Shown here piece after piece: positions 62,621-64,000 of a stretch of DNA of 64,000 nucleotides. Source of the DNA: Psilocybe cubensis. Lineage: Eukaryota. The notes beneath the pieces are model-generated. The model ran no database searches. It worked only from the letters and a program-made list of their open reading frames with translations, and was not told the origin of the DNA. The position numbers and the translations under genes were made by a program. The stretch lies in contig CM039009.1 in NCBI GenBank assembly GCA_017499595.2, positions 2,170,001-2,234,000 on the forward strand, given 5' to 3'. Within the stretch, counting starts at the first letter, position 1. Each line of letters opens with the position of its first letter.

Positions 62621-64000
62621 ATGGACAATGACCAGTTCAAGACGCCGTTAAACAAGTCTCGTCTCCCTGGTCCTGGGTTGCGGTCGAGTACGATGAAGCG
62701 CGACTCTTTCGCTGCCGAGCTGGAGAGAGGTAGGTCTTTCGGCATGTGCATGACTGTGGAGGCTCATTGTTCTTTCAAAGACCCCCAGACATCGACAGCT
62801 AAACGACAGCAGCGAGCGCAGGTCTTCACATCTTCTATATCCCATGCCAGCCTCGAGAGACAATTGCTGGCAGCCCAGACGTCCAAGATGGAACTCGAAA
62901 CGAAGCTACGCGAGTCAGAGTTGCTCATTGCCACTCTCAAAAGCGACAGAGAGTGGCTGGCTAACCGTGAAAAGGAGGAGCGCGAGGAAAAAGAGGCTGA
63001 ACGTGAATCCTATGAAAAGGCGAAGGTATGGAATCGCGTTTTTTGTAGGCACCGAATCATTTAGCTGAATGATAACTATTGTTTAGAAAGCATCTGATGC
63101 TGAGAATCGTTCCTTACGAATAACGGTGTCTACGTTACGAGAAGAGCTTGCAGACTTACAAGATACACATCAAGCCCTCGTACGGAATACAAATCAAACT
63201 GTGTCTTCACAGAAGACAGAAATTATGACATTAACGCATCGGAATGCCCTTCTTGAACAACAATACGAACAAGCGAAAACTCTAGCCGAGGAACGTTCGG
63301 AATCCCTAACACAACTCCAAGCTGCCTATGACGAACTCAGCACCGCAAAGGAATCATCCGAAAAGCGTGAATTGGAGGAAGAGAGCATGAGCATTGTGCG
63401 AGATGAGTTGCATCGCCAAGCGAGTTATCTTCGTAGCCTGGAATCTTCCAATGCAAAGATGACGGCTGAGCTCAAAGTTCTGCGCGAGCGGCAAACGAGT
63501 GTGGAGGTACTAAGGGAAGAAAAGCGCGGGTTGGAACGCAAACTCCAGATGCTCGATGAATTTAGGACGAAGGCGATCAAATTAGAGGCTGAAGTGGAAG
63601 CAGGGCGAAAAGAACGTGAAGCATGGTAGGTTTCTTTTTGTATTTCTCTGTGTATTTCTCTCATGCATCTGCCATGTTATAGGGCAGAGAACTCTCAAAA
63701 TGCTCAGCTTTCAAGCACGCCGATCGCTGTTACAAAAGCCCTCTCCGACCTCCGTCTTGCCCATGCACGTCTTCTGGAAGAACACGGCTCTACAGTCGCG
63801 CTTCTTCGCCAAAGAGAGGCTGAACTAGCTGATTATGAACGACGTGAAGCCCAATCTACCCAGAACATCAGCACCCTCGAGCAGAACCAACGTATCCTCA
63901 AAGACAAAATCGCCAGGAGGGACGCACGCACACAGCTCGCAGAACGAGAAGTGACGTTCCTACAAGCTCTTGTGGTATGTCAGTTGGTTACTTGTTTCGT
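62621..64000 (+). CDS. MAD1: Spindle assembly checkpoint protein MAD1-like coiled-coil protein (5' part; runs off the window)
   Basis: KRDSFAAELER|DPQ.STAKRQQR, SLERQLLA, DREWLA.RE..E, IVRDELHRQASYLRSLES.N, SVEVLREEKRGLERK, LSDLRLAHARLLEEHG. Long heptad coiled coil; the name rests on remembered similarity. Confidence 0.75.

Overview
This is eukaryotic DNA from an intron-rich fungus. Short (~50-60 nt) GT-AG introns, many micro-exons and the gene families present point to an agaricomycete basidiomycete; the taxon is an inference. I can assemble about 25 protein-coding genes by hand. They are an FCP1/NIF-type HAD protein, several F-box-like proteins, ZPR1, two BTB proteins, a SET-like protein, a C2H2 zinc-finger protein, SDH4, an 822-aa orphan membrane protein, a PD-(D/E)xK-like protein, a GH51 arabinofuranosidase, a head-to-head pair of FAD2-like desaturases, COX VIIc, a DJ-1/PfpI protein, an expansin-like DPBB protein, a secreted alpha/beta hydrolase, a double-cupredoxin protein, EFM7/NNT1, GH16, a DUF262 protein and the 5' part of MAD1. 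I saw no tRNA, rRNA, CRISPR array or intact transposase. The most striking signal lies immediately after the orphan gene's stop codon. About 460 nt (29251-29706) can fold into a long rod capped by three hairpins that all carry the same U-GACG-A loop, with 11 G-U pairs against 1 A-C mismatch on the + strand. It is followed by a nearly G-free repetitive tail. Other notable items are two intact but apparently catalytically dead enzymes (GH16 and SET), a perfect 30-bp palindrome in a TE-like intergenic block, a structured 202-nt intron and four GC-AG introns. All gene models and folds were worked out by eye and were not checked against databases.
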